Origin: Eledone cirrhosa
Lineage: Eukaryota
Reading direction: 5' to 3'
Assembly (NCBI GenBank): GCA_964016885.1
Contig: OZ024747.1
Span: 78,058,001-78,122,000, forward strand
DNA: 64,000 bases
Shown one piece after another: positions 52,101 through 64,000 of this stretch; the stretch's first letter is position 1; each line of letters opens with the position of its first letter. The notes beneath the pieces are model-generated. The model did no database searches, was not told the origin of the DNA, and saw only the letters and a program-made list of their open reading frames with translations. A program made the position numbers and the translations under genes.

Positions 52101-55100
52101 TCATAAGAACCTAAGATTTATGTATGGGTGCGAGAAAGGCTGAGCTTGGACAAGCTGAGGGAGAAGCTGGGTTTAAGAGGAATCTGAGGTGGTATGCAGA
52201 AGAGAAGACTACGTTGGTATGGACATGTGATGTGCATGAATAATTTCCCTACCTTTCATGGGTATATTATCAACCGAAGCAAAGTAAAACATGTTGAAGA
52301 AGATGGCTTGGTTGATGAGTAAACCCTTTCATTACAATATTCCTAATGAAATACACTGTCTGTTTCAATTAATTTTGAAAATGACTAACATTTGGAGGAA
52401 TTCATAAAATTTCTTTTTCATTAGTAAGCTGATAGTTAGAATATTACTTAAAAATTTCTAAAATAAAATTATGGTGGGAGGTTTTAGTAAAAGGATATGC
52501 AGTTTTGTATCATAAATCCAGGGTTGTTTCAGGCAATTTAGTAGCAAAAGGGTTAAAACTGGATTGTTGATCAAGAAAAGCTGGTGTAGTATATTTTTAT
52601 AGAATAAAATATTAATGAACTTTTATTTTTATTGTTATTACAGTCATCTGGGATTAGTATTATATTTCTGGCTACACTTTTAGCAGAGTTGTTAGAGGGC
52701 CTAGATAAATATGTTGCAATATTTATTTTGCTCTCTTCATTCCAAGTTCAAATTCCAACGAAGTCAACTTTGCCATTCATTATTTCAGGGTCGATACATA
52801 AAAAGTGATCCAAAGGAGTGAATTGGCAGAAGTGATACTTTGCAGTATCTCTTTTGGTCCTTTGTGTTCTGAGATCACCTGTGACATCACTGGTGCTAAG
52901 CTGTACTGACCCTTGGGCAACATCAATGGTGTGAAGGGTCATTTACAGTTTACATGATAATAATACAAGACTTAGCTGTGTATCTATTGTTTAGGAATAT
53001 GTTGATTGTTGAAATGTTTCATCACCATTTAATGTCAGTATAGGTGGACCTCTGGGTTGGGCCAGGTACCTGCATCTTGCTTACATTCCTGCATTCAATT
53101 GAGGGTCAGGCAAGCCAGGGGCCCACATCTCACAAAATGTTCCCACAACTCTACTGTATGTATTTTAACATGGCACCAGCACTAGGGAGCTTAGGTTTTT
53201 ATCGCAGCTAAAGAGTTTTCTCGACTCTTTGATTGGCATATTTTCTACATGCCTTTCCTATCACCAACCACTTTACAGAGTGTAGTGAGGGTATTTATCG
53301 TGAAGATCTTCAACACTAGGGAGGTTGTTATGTCTTTGACATAACATTAACTGATATTTTACTCCATTTCACTATATACTACACTATACATTTAACTATT
53401 TTACAGTCTTTAACAGTTAACACAGCTTTTGTGACACAAAATGAAAGCTATCGTTTTAGTTGTACATATTAAATTCTATTTTAAGCTATTGAATTTGTTG
53501 AAAGGATGAATTCATTCGAGCTGAATTATATGATCAACAATTGACATACTTTATAAAATGGTTTTCTCTCCCTTTATATCCATTATTCACTGCATTATTA
53601 ATAGGTTATTATCATAATGAAATACTTTGCATTTTTGGGGGTACTAGTTATGAATATATTAATCATTTTTACATCTTATTTTTCTATGTTAGCTTGGATT
53701 AGATGAGCAGGCATTAAGCAATTGAGAGTACAGGGCTTCCTTTTAAACAGGACACCACTTCATTGCAAGGTTAACCCTAGCTGATAAGTGGACTCGAGAG
53801 ACCTCAAAATGAAGTGCCTTGCCCAAGGATGCAATGCATGGCTCTGACTGGGGATTGAACCTAGGCAGTGAGCATTTTTCATAATCACTATCATACATTA
53901 AATATTACTTTAGGTTCTATTTTCATAATGAATTCTATGTTCTCATTTGTAGTAATATTTTAGCAGATATATCCATTAAAACTTCTGAGTACCCCTGTAT
54001 CTTACCTTTGGTTGAAAATTAAATTAAAAATCTAGCAATTGTCATCTAGCCAACAACATACAGAAGCTAATGCTTTAATACTAAGGTGTTTTATCTATGA
54101 TTTAACATTGCACATCCAGTTGACTATATTCTTCACTAATCACACAGATTTTTCACATTTACTGCCCATTCATTACTATACAACATCACATTTATTATAT
54201 TTATTATTTAGATTTTTCTTTGCATACATATAGAATAATTCTTATTAATTTCTTCCTACCATATAACTAACTCTAGTCTATATGCTATCATCATCATTTC
54301 AGGCCTGCTTTCCATGCTTTCATGGGTTGGCTAAGTTGTCATGGTCCCTGCCAGTTCTTATTTGGAGTTACTGTTCTACTAGATAAGTCAAGGAACACAG
54401 GTTCTTACCTTCCAGAAAAGAATGGTGTCTGCTATTGCCACTAAACTGTAGTCAGTCCACAGCCTACAGTTTAACTCTTTGTGTTCCAGATACTCCTCCT
54501 CTCCTCTGTGTGTGTGCAGTCCCCAACCCTAAGCCTTTGCACAAAAATTGATAAAATGTTTGATAACCATCAATTAAACCTGAAAAAAAAAAGACTAATG
54601 AACTTGACAAAAATCATGACAAAGTCTTAACTCTAAATATCCTGCAATGATTTAGCAGAAAATATCTAAAAATGGGTTTCAGTTCATTGGAGAGATTGTC
54701 AAAATTTTGCAGTTAAGTAAAGACTAGTTTTCAATGTGGTTCAGTCAATTTTTCAGAATGTTTTTTTTTAATGTGGTTTCATGTGATTCAAGATGTTTCG
54801 AGTTAAAGAACGCACCTTAAAGCAACAATATAAAATGATTCATGTAGAAAGCAGTGTAAATAGAAGTGTGGTAGAACAAAATACTGGGCTTGCAGAATAT
54901 AGTCAAACATTGTTATGACCAGAGTATCAGGCCTGCTTAGATTGAAAGTCTGTGCTATCATGGGTTGAATGCATCTTTTCTAGCACCCCCCCCCCCCCTC
55001 CACTTATTGTAGCCCTTTGTCATCTCCTCTATGAGCTTTTAATTCAGTACAACTCTGTTGTGGCAACTACTATACAGTCGATGAGGAAACTCTCAGTGAA

Positions 55101-56366
55101 CCAAGTTTCTAGCTCAGGTTTGACTATTTATTTCATTTGTTCTCCTAATTCCTCTTTGGAAAAGCATGACTGCTTTAATATCCATTTTCTCTCACACTGA
55201 TGTTAATAGAATTAATCATCCTTTGATGGATACTGTTTTTAATGGTTAAATTATTGGTGATTTCTCACTGATGCTGTATGTATGTCTGTTAGAGATACAA
55301 AATTATATTTTCTGTACTTTACTGATTTTATACTGACTATACTACTACTATTTTGCTGATGGACTTCTATGAATCTAACTTGTAATTTACTCTTAGCTAT
55401 GTTGATGACTGTTATACTTTTTGATTTAAGCTTATGTTTCTTCTGGAGTTCTTCAGCAGATCCTAAATGAGAATCTCATTTTTGACAAACTAAAATATTG
55501 ATGAAATCTAGTATTGGTGTAATCCAGCTTTGGTCTGCATCAGCCAGAGTAAAATAGGACTGATTGAAAAAGCAAACACAAATATTAATGGGCATTTGGT
55601 TTTAATTGAAATAAAGGATTGTGGGCAACCTTGTGAGAAACCTACCTGTACACTAAAGTTTTTCACTAAGCTCTCTTAACTTTACTATTTTCACACATGG
55701 TTTATTAGTATAAGTCATTTGTCCACATAGCTTGCTTGCAGAACAGGAATTTGTGCTAACTATAGCTAACAAATATTGTTTTCTCTTGAACTACTTTGTT
55801 GTTTCACTAAGAATTATAGCATCTGTGATCACATATCCTGATATTGACATATCTTAGTCTCTTCTATCTTGTACTAGCTTTGCTCTGGCCTTTTTTTTTT
55901 ACTATCTTCTCTACCTTGCAACACTTGCAACTTCTCTTCCCTATCTCATTGGATTTTCCCTGTAGAATCTGAGAATAGTTGATGTCATGTTAGTATGACA
56001 AATATGACATCAGCTATCTATAAATGTTCACCCTTTTATTTTTGTAGTTAATATTATTTCTACCTCCACTACCTCCTGCTTTATTTCACCAATCTATTGA
56101 GTGTACATTCTTCACCTTGGATAGATTCTGCAACTATAACCATTTTACACACACACTCTCAGATAAAACTAGTTAAGCTGTCGGCTCTATCTGACCAGTA
56201 GGCAAAAAATTATTGAAGTTTATATTGCAAGTGTTGTTAGAGTTGACTTATGAAAATAGAGCTTGCAGTATCTGCCTTTATTAACTTTTGTTAAACAGTT
56301 TTTAATCTGGCTTAAAGTTTAGGCCAGTAGAAATGGTCTCTCAATCTTTTGTAATCACATCCTTCT

Positions 56367-56804
56367 TTAACCCTTTAGTGGCCAACCTGGCCAAAACTTG
56401 GTCTGGTTCTATGAAATAAAGCCACCCATTTTAACTGTTTAGCATTTAAACTGGCTGTATCCAGCCTGAATTCTCTTGCTTCTTTCTGTTCAAACCAGTT
56501 GTAACTAGCCAGTGATACTAATGTTAAGGTATTGTTCTCAAAATAGATAATATAAAAATCTCATAGATTCGATATTTTGTGAGATAAAGCCTTTACTATG
56601 GAAATACAATAGTAAATATAGAGTAATGTAAATGCTAAAAGGTTAAATGTTTCAAATTTAAATTAAAATCTTCCAACAATTTTATACAAGAAATATATTT
56701 AGTATCTTACTCATGAAATAATTAATCACTTTTAGTAAATCCCTCAAAATTAATTAATTAAAATAGAATATAGTTCATTAGAAACTTAGTCATGAAAGGG
56801 TTAA
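56367..56804. mobile_element. TTAA-flanked MITE containing a second TTAA MITE (56431-56646)
   Basis: Outer TTAACCCTTT...AAAGGGTTAA; the inner copy is homologous to 13152-13379 and has its own TTAA ends. Confidence 0.65.
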
Positions 56805-56926
56805 GTATTTGATATTTTTAAAGAATATGTCTGTAATTTAGTTAAAAAGTTAAATGGAGATATAACTAAGACTAATGTTAGTAGGGTCCATACAATCCTG
56901 TGTCAGAGGATTGGTATTGTTTAGAG

Positions 56927-57220
56927 CAGGGGTTCTCAACCTGGTCCATGTGGACCACTAGTGGTCCACAGGAAAATTCAGGTAGTCCACAGAAAATTTT
57001 CAATAGCAAATTCTTTTTTGATTCATGCATTTGACTTAAAGCGCTGTTCTTATTCTTCGCATAAGTACGACTTCAGCTGTTTATTTGCGTAGATTTTTAG
57101 ATAATAGCATTTTCAAATTCATTGAAAAAAAACATCTAAAGATTTAAAAGTTTAGGTGGTCCACAGGAAAAAATTACTTATTTTGGTGGTCCACAGCGAA
57201 AAAAAGGTTGAGAACCCCTG
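56927..57220. mobile_element. Non-autonomous hAT (Charlie-like) element
   Basis: Perfect 16-bp TIRs CAGGGGTTCTCAACCT / AGGTTGAGAACCCCTG; 8-bp TSD GTTTAGAG / GTTTAGAA; repeated subterminal GTGGTCCACAG. Confidence 0.9.
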
Positions 57221-58692
57221 GTTTAGAATACAGGGTGTTGTATACTGGAATAATCAATATGTTTATAAATTAGTGCACAGCCTTGGTAATTAGTTTAGTG
57301 GGTTAATTAAAAAGAAAAATACTCGTTTAACAAGAATCTTCTTGTGCTAGTTTCACAATATTAACATCCTCTTATAACATTATCTCCCCCTCTGCAAATA
57401 ACACCACTCTTCATTTCTCCTTAATCTATATGTAGTCTTCATCCATACAAAACATTTATACTGCTTGTTAAGTCTGCATAACTTTCATTAACAGCTATCT
57501 TGAAGTACATAAATCTCGTTCAACAGCACCAAGCATACTACTCATTGATAAAACATAACTATGAAACCTCATCCAGTGTTAATAGTACATGCCATATGCT
57601 CAACATATTCAAAACCTCCACACTAAATGCTTCATTATTTATAGTATTACCATCAGTTGAATGGCTTTGTTTAATACTTTTTGATACCAATTCGATGAAA
57701 CCCACTTCTGGTTTTATGAAACAAAGCTTTGTTCTATACATCCATTACCTGAATTTCCCCTGCCGTCGACCCGGTGTCATCTTCAAGAACATCTTTCAGC
57801 CCTTTGGTTAGTCTCCAACTCATCTGCATGCATCAGGTTTCCAGAAAGAAAGCCTATCGTATTAAATGAATTCCTACTTAAATTAAAAACCTTCCAACAT
57901 AATTTGATATAAGAACCTTTATCATAAAGGTTTATTTCATTAGAAATATGATCGTGGAAGCATTATGGCTGGTTTAGTACACTTTAAATTAAACAAATTA
58001 CATGGGTTGAAAATATTTCTCCTCTGAATAGCTGCTGGTCCTCTACAAAGTAAAATTGTGCCTCTATTGTTCGTATTTTGAAGCTACACACAAACTCTAC
58101 ATTGCATACAAAAATACCTTTGTCTGAAAGATGTTAAATTTGCCCCTACCTCTCTTCTCTCTTACTATTTCACACTCCTTGAGTCTCTTTGAAACACTCT
58201 TAGAACTTTCTTCACTATTGAAGTTCTCTCTTCAAACTTGTGGACCAGTGCCATCAATAATGACGGCAATGGTGTTAAACATATTTAATTTTTGGAGTTT
58301 GGGATTGGTATGACATGACATATATATTAGCATTACCAGAAATATAACCAATCATACAAACAGAAATTTGTGTTTTGATAAGAATGGTAAGCATAAGAGA
58401 TGCCCTATAGTTTATGATGATTACTAATGCGTGGAAGTGAGTAAAGAAGGGTATTTTCATAATTTATGTCTAGGATATAATTACATAAATATTCAGCATG
58501 TATGTAGAAATGACATACTGGATTAAATGTATGAGTAATTTTGGAGAAATAACTATTTACAGAGACAAATGTAGGGTTAAAACTCGGGACCTTTTGTGGT
58601 TGGAAAGCAAATTTCTTATTATAGCAACATGACTGAAATAGGAAATGTATCATGTATAGGTAGGTTTGTGTGGGTAAATTTTAGATTTACAG

Positions 58693-58746
<54 letters not shown>

Positions 58747-58750
<4 letters not shown>

Positions 58751-59002
58751 TCATCGTTTAACGTTTTTCCACATTAGGATGGGTTAGACGGGTTGTCCTC
58801 CTGTTTGAGGCAAGTTATGTCAGATGACTGTGTCTTGCTCATACAGAACTCTTTCTGGCTTGGTTTCTATGGTTGGATGCCCTTCCTAACGCCAACCACG
58901 TTTACAATGTGGGCTGGGTGCTTTTTGTCGTGACACATACACAATCACATTTAGTGTGGGCTGGGTGCTTTTTGTTGTGATACCAACATAACTTTGCAGT
59001 GT
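58747..59002 (-). mobile_element. RTE/SINE 3'-tail fragment next to (TA)n
   Basis: TCATCATCGTTTAACGT...GGATGCCCTTCCTAACGCCAACCAC. Further copies at ~7200-7515, 17280-17505, 42570-42760, 45825-46120, 49440-49870 and 59955-60180. Confidence 0.7.
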
Positions 59003-62000
59003 AAGAATGGTGTGATCAAACGTGGGAGGTGTATGGAAGGAGGAGGGAAGGTAGTGGTTAAGAGGTACCTACTAGATGCATGCTTCAGTCCATGCGCATG
59101 AGAAGGCGGATTTTCTCTATTGCTATACAAACACACTTGAGATTATTGTAGTTCATATTGGAAGTTCAGATAGAATTGTTACAACCTTAGTAATATACCC
59201 TCATCCTGCAGTCTTGGAAAGTCCTTGCAAGCAGCATGAGCACTGGTCTTCTGATTCAGACTAACAAACAGAAAAGTATCATACAGTGTTACTGTCATTA
59301 AAAAAATATTTAAATTTTATCCATTTTTAGTATTTAAAAAGGAGGGGTGAGTGAGGTAGTTGGAACAGCTATATTTCAACACGTTTTTTTTTTTTCTCTT
59401 ATTACTTTGTCTTATTTGTTTTCCTTTTTTTTTTAAATCTTACTTTTTAATTTAAAATGTCAAGCTTATTAAAACTATTTTGTAACCTATGTTTGTGGTA
59501 AGTTGGCTAATTTGTCAAACTGGATCTATTTTCTACCGTTAGGTTTTTGGTAATGTTTTTTTTAAACCAATCATTTAAAGTGCTGGCTTACTGCTGCTGA
59601 CTTACAAACTCTGTAGGGTCCACTTGGGGCAGGCTTCCTCCTACACATTCTCTTCATTAATCAGTCTCTAATAATGACACAGCCAATCTGTCTTTTCGGC
59701 ATGAGTGAGAGCAAGATGTATTCCTCAAACCCATCAAGGAAGACAGTAGTAACTCCAAATAATTGATTTGAACCTTAAAAGGCTGTACAACTCATAGCAT
59801 GGAAAGCTGAGTATAAAAATAAGAACTAGCAGCAATGCCCAGGCATGAAAAATAGTACACAGCCTTATGATCTCTTTTGTATAAAAGTAAAACTTTTTAA
59901 ATTTCAGCAACATAAGTGCAAAACTTTGTCCTGCAACCTGGCAGATGCATTTGTCATCATCATCATCAGTATTGTTTTATGTTTGTTTTCCATGCTATGT
60001 TTTAAACAGGCTGTCACAGTCTGAGACTAGACAGGTCAGAGGAACATGTCTTGCTCATAGATTCCATTTTGTATCTTCCTAATGCTAGCCACTTTACAGA
60101 GTGAACTGGGTGTATTTTATCATGGAACCAGAACTATCACTTTATAGACTGTACTGGGTGTGTTTTATCATGGAACTAGAACTATCGGGTGTGTTTTCTA
60201 TATTAAGATTAATGCTTTAACAGGCTGCTTGTAGATTGTTTGATGTTTATTAGAAACTTTCAAATAATTGCAATCAAGATGGGAGTAAACCAAATAGATT
60301 TAGGGCAATACCATTGAGGTGTTGACAGTGGAAAACATGAGTTAATCTGTTAACGATGATGTCGATGTATTATCTCTCTAATCCATCTATATTACCCATA
60401 GCTCAGATGTCAATATAGTCTTAGGTGATCCATGTTTGAAGAGAATTAATCAATTGTCCACACAACTTAGCTAGAATGGATTTACTAATAACAAATATCT
60501 ATCATCCTTTAATGAAATATTTCACTCTAGCTGCTTAGGGCTACATCAGTCTGTATTTTCTTCTATTTCCTTCTTCAATGTTTCATCATTTCTCATGAAA
60601 CGTTCTCTTTCTGTTACTTATCATTATCACCATTATATAACATACTTTTTCAGTGGCTTGGGTTGGACAGGTTGTCACAAGCCAGGTTGGTACTTAATCG
60701 AAGCTACTGTCCTCCTAGATGAACAGGATGGGGTGTGGGGAGTCACATCTTGCATGTATTACTTATATAAAATTATGTCAGAAGAATTTAATTTTAATAG
60801 GAACCTTTTAAAATGAGTGGTTTTATTTCATAGAACCAAAGCTTATTTTGGCTGGGATGGTATCAAAAGTTAAATCCTGTTGAATTTATAGACAGAAGTA
60901 TTTTTGCTAGAAATATGACCACCAAAAGGTTAAATTTTCTGGGGAAAGCTGCATTTACAACTTCTACATTATAGCCAAAGACTTTTTTTCCTCCAGACAA
61001 CAGGTGATAAACATGGACAACACAGTTGAATAAGATAAACATAATGACATAAAGTAAGAGAAAAATACAGCAAACATTTCATCTTGGTTAATTGGACTAT
61101 AGGGAATTGTCTTGGTCATAGAGTACAACATTAGCTATGGCGTAAGAAGCATCAATTCTTTGGTAACCCTCTCACTTATATCACCATTTTCATGTGTGTT
61201 TCTTTTTTCCATTTCTTAGTGAAAAAAACAAACGGATGTTAAGTATTTTGTTTTTCATTTAACATAATTGTTTTCTTCTCTTTTTGATATTTTCATCTTG
61301 GGAGAAATTGTATTTATACAATAGCAGTTATTTTCACACATACGTGTATGCGTACACTAATTTAGAAATGAGCTTCAAAAGTTTTGACTTTCATAAATGT
61401 CGCCTGATGTAAAGTTAAATTTTCTAATAACTCTCCTCAGTGAAAGGTTAGACATTTTAGTGTTAGGAAAGTAAGAATATCTGACATTCTCATACATGCA
61501 ATCAAAAGGATTCTCATTAAGACCTATACTTTGATTGATTTGGTAATTGTATCCAGTTCTTTTAGATGTTCAATAAACATTTGTGGCTTTAAAGAATAAG
61601 GAAGTATGAAGACTTCTTTCATTGCTTATTCTTCTTCAGTTAAGGTTTTAAAACAGGGCTAGTATTTGAGGCTTCAAATAAATGTTGGCAGCATGTTAAT
61701 AGAATGGCTTGAGTTTAGGAAAGCACATAGGAATGAAACATAACTCAATTTTGAAATTGTGAGGTGTAGGAGGAAATCATCATCATTTTACATCTGTTGT
61801 TCCACACTTTCATAGGTTGAACAGGTCCTTCTCAGTACAGCATCTCTCCACTTGTTGTATTCCTTTGTTATCGTCTCCTCTGTGAAGAGCTTTAGAAATC
61901 TGAGATCAGCTCTCACCACTTCCATCAAGGTCTTCCTCTATTGCAGCTTCTTTCCACTTGGATTATTTGGTACTTCTTCACCCAGCGAGGATGTGCATCA

Positions 62001-64000
62001 CCTGTTCATACCAATGCAGTTTCAATTTGGCATGTGATATATTGAGAGAAAGGTTAAACTTTTTGATACCACCCTGCCTAAAACTACGCCTGTTTTATGA
62101 TATAAGATTGTCCATTTTAAAGTGTTCATACTTTCAAATTTTCTGTAATTTCATTTAAGAAAATTTGAAGTAATGTTCCAAACATCAGCTTACTAATGAA
62201 AGTTATTTTACTAAATACCTAAAAAAAATGGTTATTATTTTCAAAATTAAATGAAACACTTTCTCAATGTATTTCATTAGAAATATAGTAACAAGAGTTA
62301 AAAGATAAGACAAAGAAAATATAAAATAAAGCAGCTGATTTAAAAGTTAAGGTTATTATTATTATTGGACAATGTATTGACAGTAGCTATAGATATTGTG
62401 GTATTTAGTTAAGTCCCTTTTGTGGTCATCATCACCACCATGTCCACATGTATGGTGTAGGTGAATTCTCTCCAGTACAGTTTCAACATCCTGATGTTTT
62501 AGCTGTCATGTCTTCTGTACAAGTCTTTCTTGGTCATTCTCTTCTGTGATTTCATTTCATTTGTAATTACTAGCACTTCTTCACCAAACAAGCATCATCC
62601 ATAATGTGCATTACATACCCACACCAACATAGCTTTCTCTTCTACATGCCACATCTGATTCCTGATCTTCTTATGTCCAGTTTTTCTCTTAGCTCACCCA
62701 TGTCTTCATGCACACTCACATAGATATCCAACAATACATACTTTACATATCCTCTACATCCAATGCCCTTATCTCACTTACTATGCAGCATTGCACTTTG
62801 TACATTCTAAATTCAAGTCCACCAAGTTTAAGTTTGATTTTCATCCTTCTGGGTTTGATATAATAAACTATACTCACTCCTAAAATTTGTGGTTTTGTAC
62901 CTAAGTTAGATAGCATTATCATTGTTATTATTAATAGAAGATTGGTGGGTAGCAAAATAGGTGGAGTGCTAGATAAAATGCCTTGAAATTTTGTGTTCAG
63001 ATTCTGTTAGTGGACTCTGCCTTTCAACTGTACCAGGCCCAGATTGATAAGTACTAATTGGGTACTGAAAAATGGTTGAATATATTGTATGTCTTGTGTA
63101 CTTGTACCAATTCAAGAAATTATTACCATTAACAGAGTAGTATCACTAAACACTGATTCTTTTTAGTTGGTGACATTTCTCGCTAAATCATGTATTAATT
63201 CCTCTTCATGGTTCCTTTTAACCTTTTCATTACTATATTTTTTGTGAAAGACACTGTCTATGATTTCCAAGTAATTTTGAAAATAATCAATAACTTGAAG
63301 GAATTTAGTAATACAATTAACTTTCTCATTTTAAAGCTGTGTTTTAACATAACTTAAAAGATCTTATCTAAAAACATTCCATTATAAATTTATATAACTA
63401 TAAACACTTAAAAATAAATAGATTAGTGTCATAGAATAATGGTGATTTATGGTAGTTTGATATCCAAAGGGTTAAACTAATGTTGACAAGATGAAAAAAA
63501 TAAAAACTTCTTGTGCCAGATTATAAAGAGGTGTCAAAACAATAAAACGTTAGGGTTAACAAGTGAATGTGTTGGGATTAAGGAGGTTGAATATATTGCA
63601 GATTAGAGAGTTAAAACTATGTAAATATGATAGTAATTCTCTGTAACAGTTATTGCATAATGCTAACATAGGTAGCACAGCTAATTAAAAATAACTATAA
63701 CGTCTATGACTCATACTTAAATTATTCTGGAAACTATGGGGAGATAACTCCAGATATATTTTAGTCTTACTGGACCTCAATGAAGCAAAGGACCATATGT
63801 CTTAACGAAATAATTAATAATTTTAATAAATCCTTTAAATTTCTTCACTAATTGATTCTAATTTCATTAGAAATGTGGTCATGAAGGGGTTAAGGTACTT
63901 TCCAAAGTAGTGAAAAGTGAACTACTAAGAAAATGTTCAATATTGTACACTATCAGCCATAGTTTTAATACCCAGGACTTTCAAATAATTTTGAAAATAA

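Overview
AT-rich, repeat-dense animal genomic DNA. The SINE, LINE and microsatellite content suggests a coleoid cephalopod such as Octopus, which is an inference. Two host genes are arranged head-to-head about 17.5 kb apart. The first is a complete 8-exon MOB4/phocein gene on the minus strand (CDS 20355->4035, 223 aa, all introns GT-AG). The second is the first coding exon of an Ariadne-1 (ARIH1) RBR E3 ligase on the plus strand (37903-38127), followed by an intron that appears to run past the window end. The rest of the window is satellites (57, 34, 78 and 56 bp units, the last with an 8-mer higher-order repeat), tRNA-derived SINEs, RTE/CR1/Tx1 LINE fragments, hAT/Tc1/piggyBac-type MITEs and a Penelope-like GIY-YIG fragment. 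The most notable signal is a set of minimal hammerhead-ribozyme motifs next to (TA)n tracts. One lies at the 3' end of the Penelope-like element. Another, with a compensatory U3-A8 core, sits inside a ~300 bp near-perfect palindrome. A young RTE LINE in MOB4 intron 4 has a PHD finger just after its RT core and shares its 3' tail with a CORE-type SINE. No CRISPR array or prokaryotic system is present.
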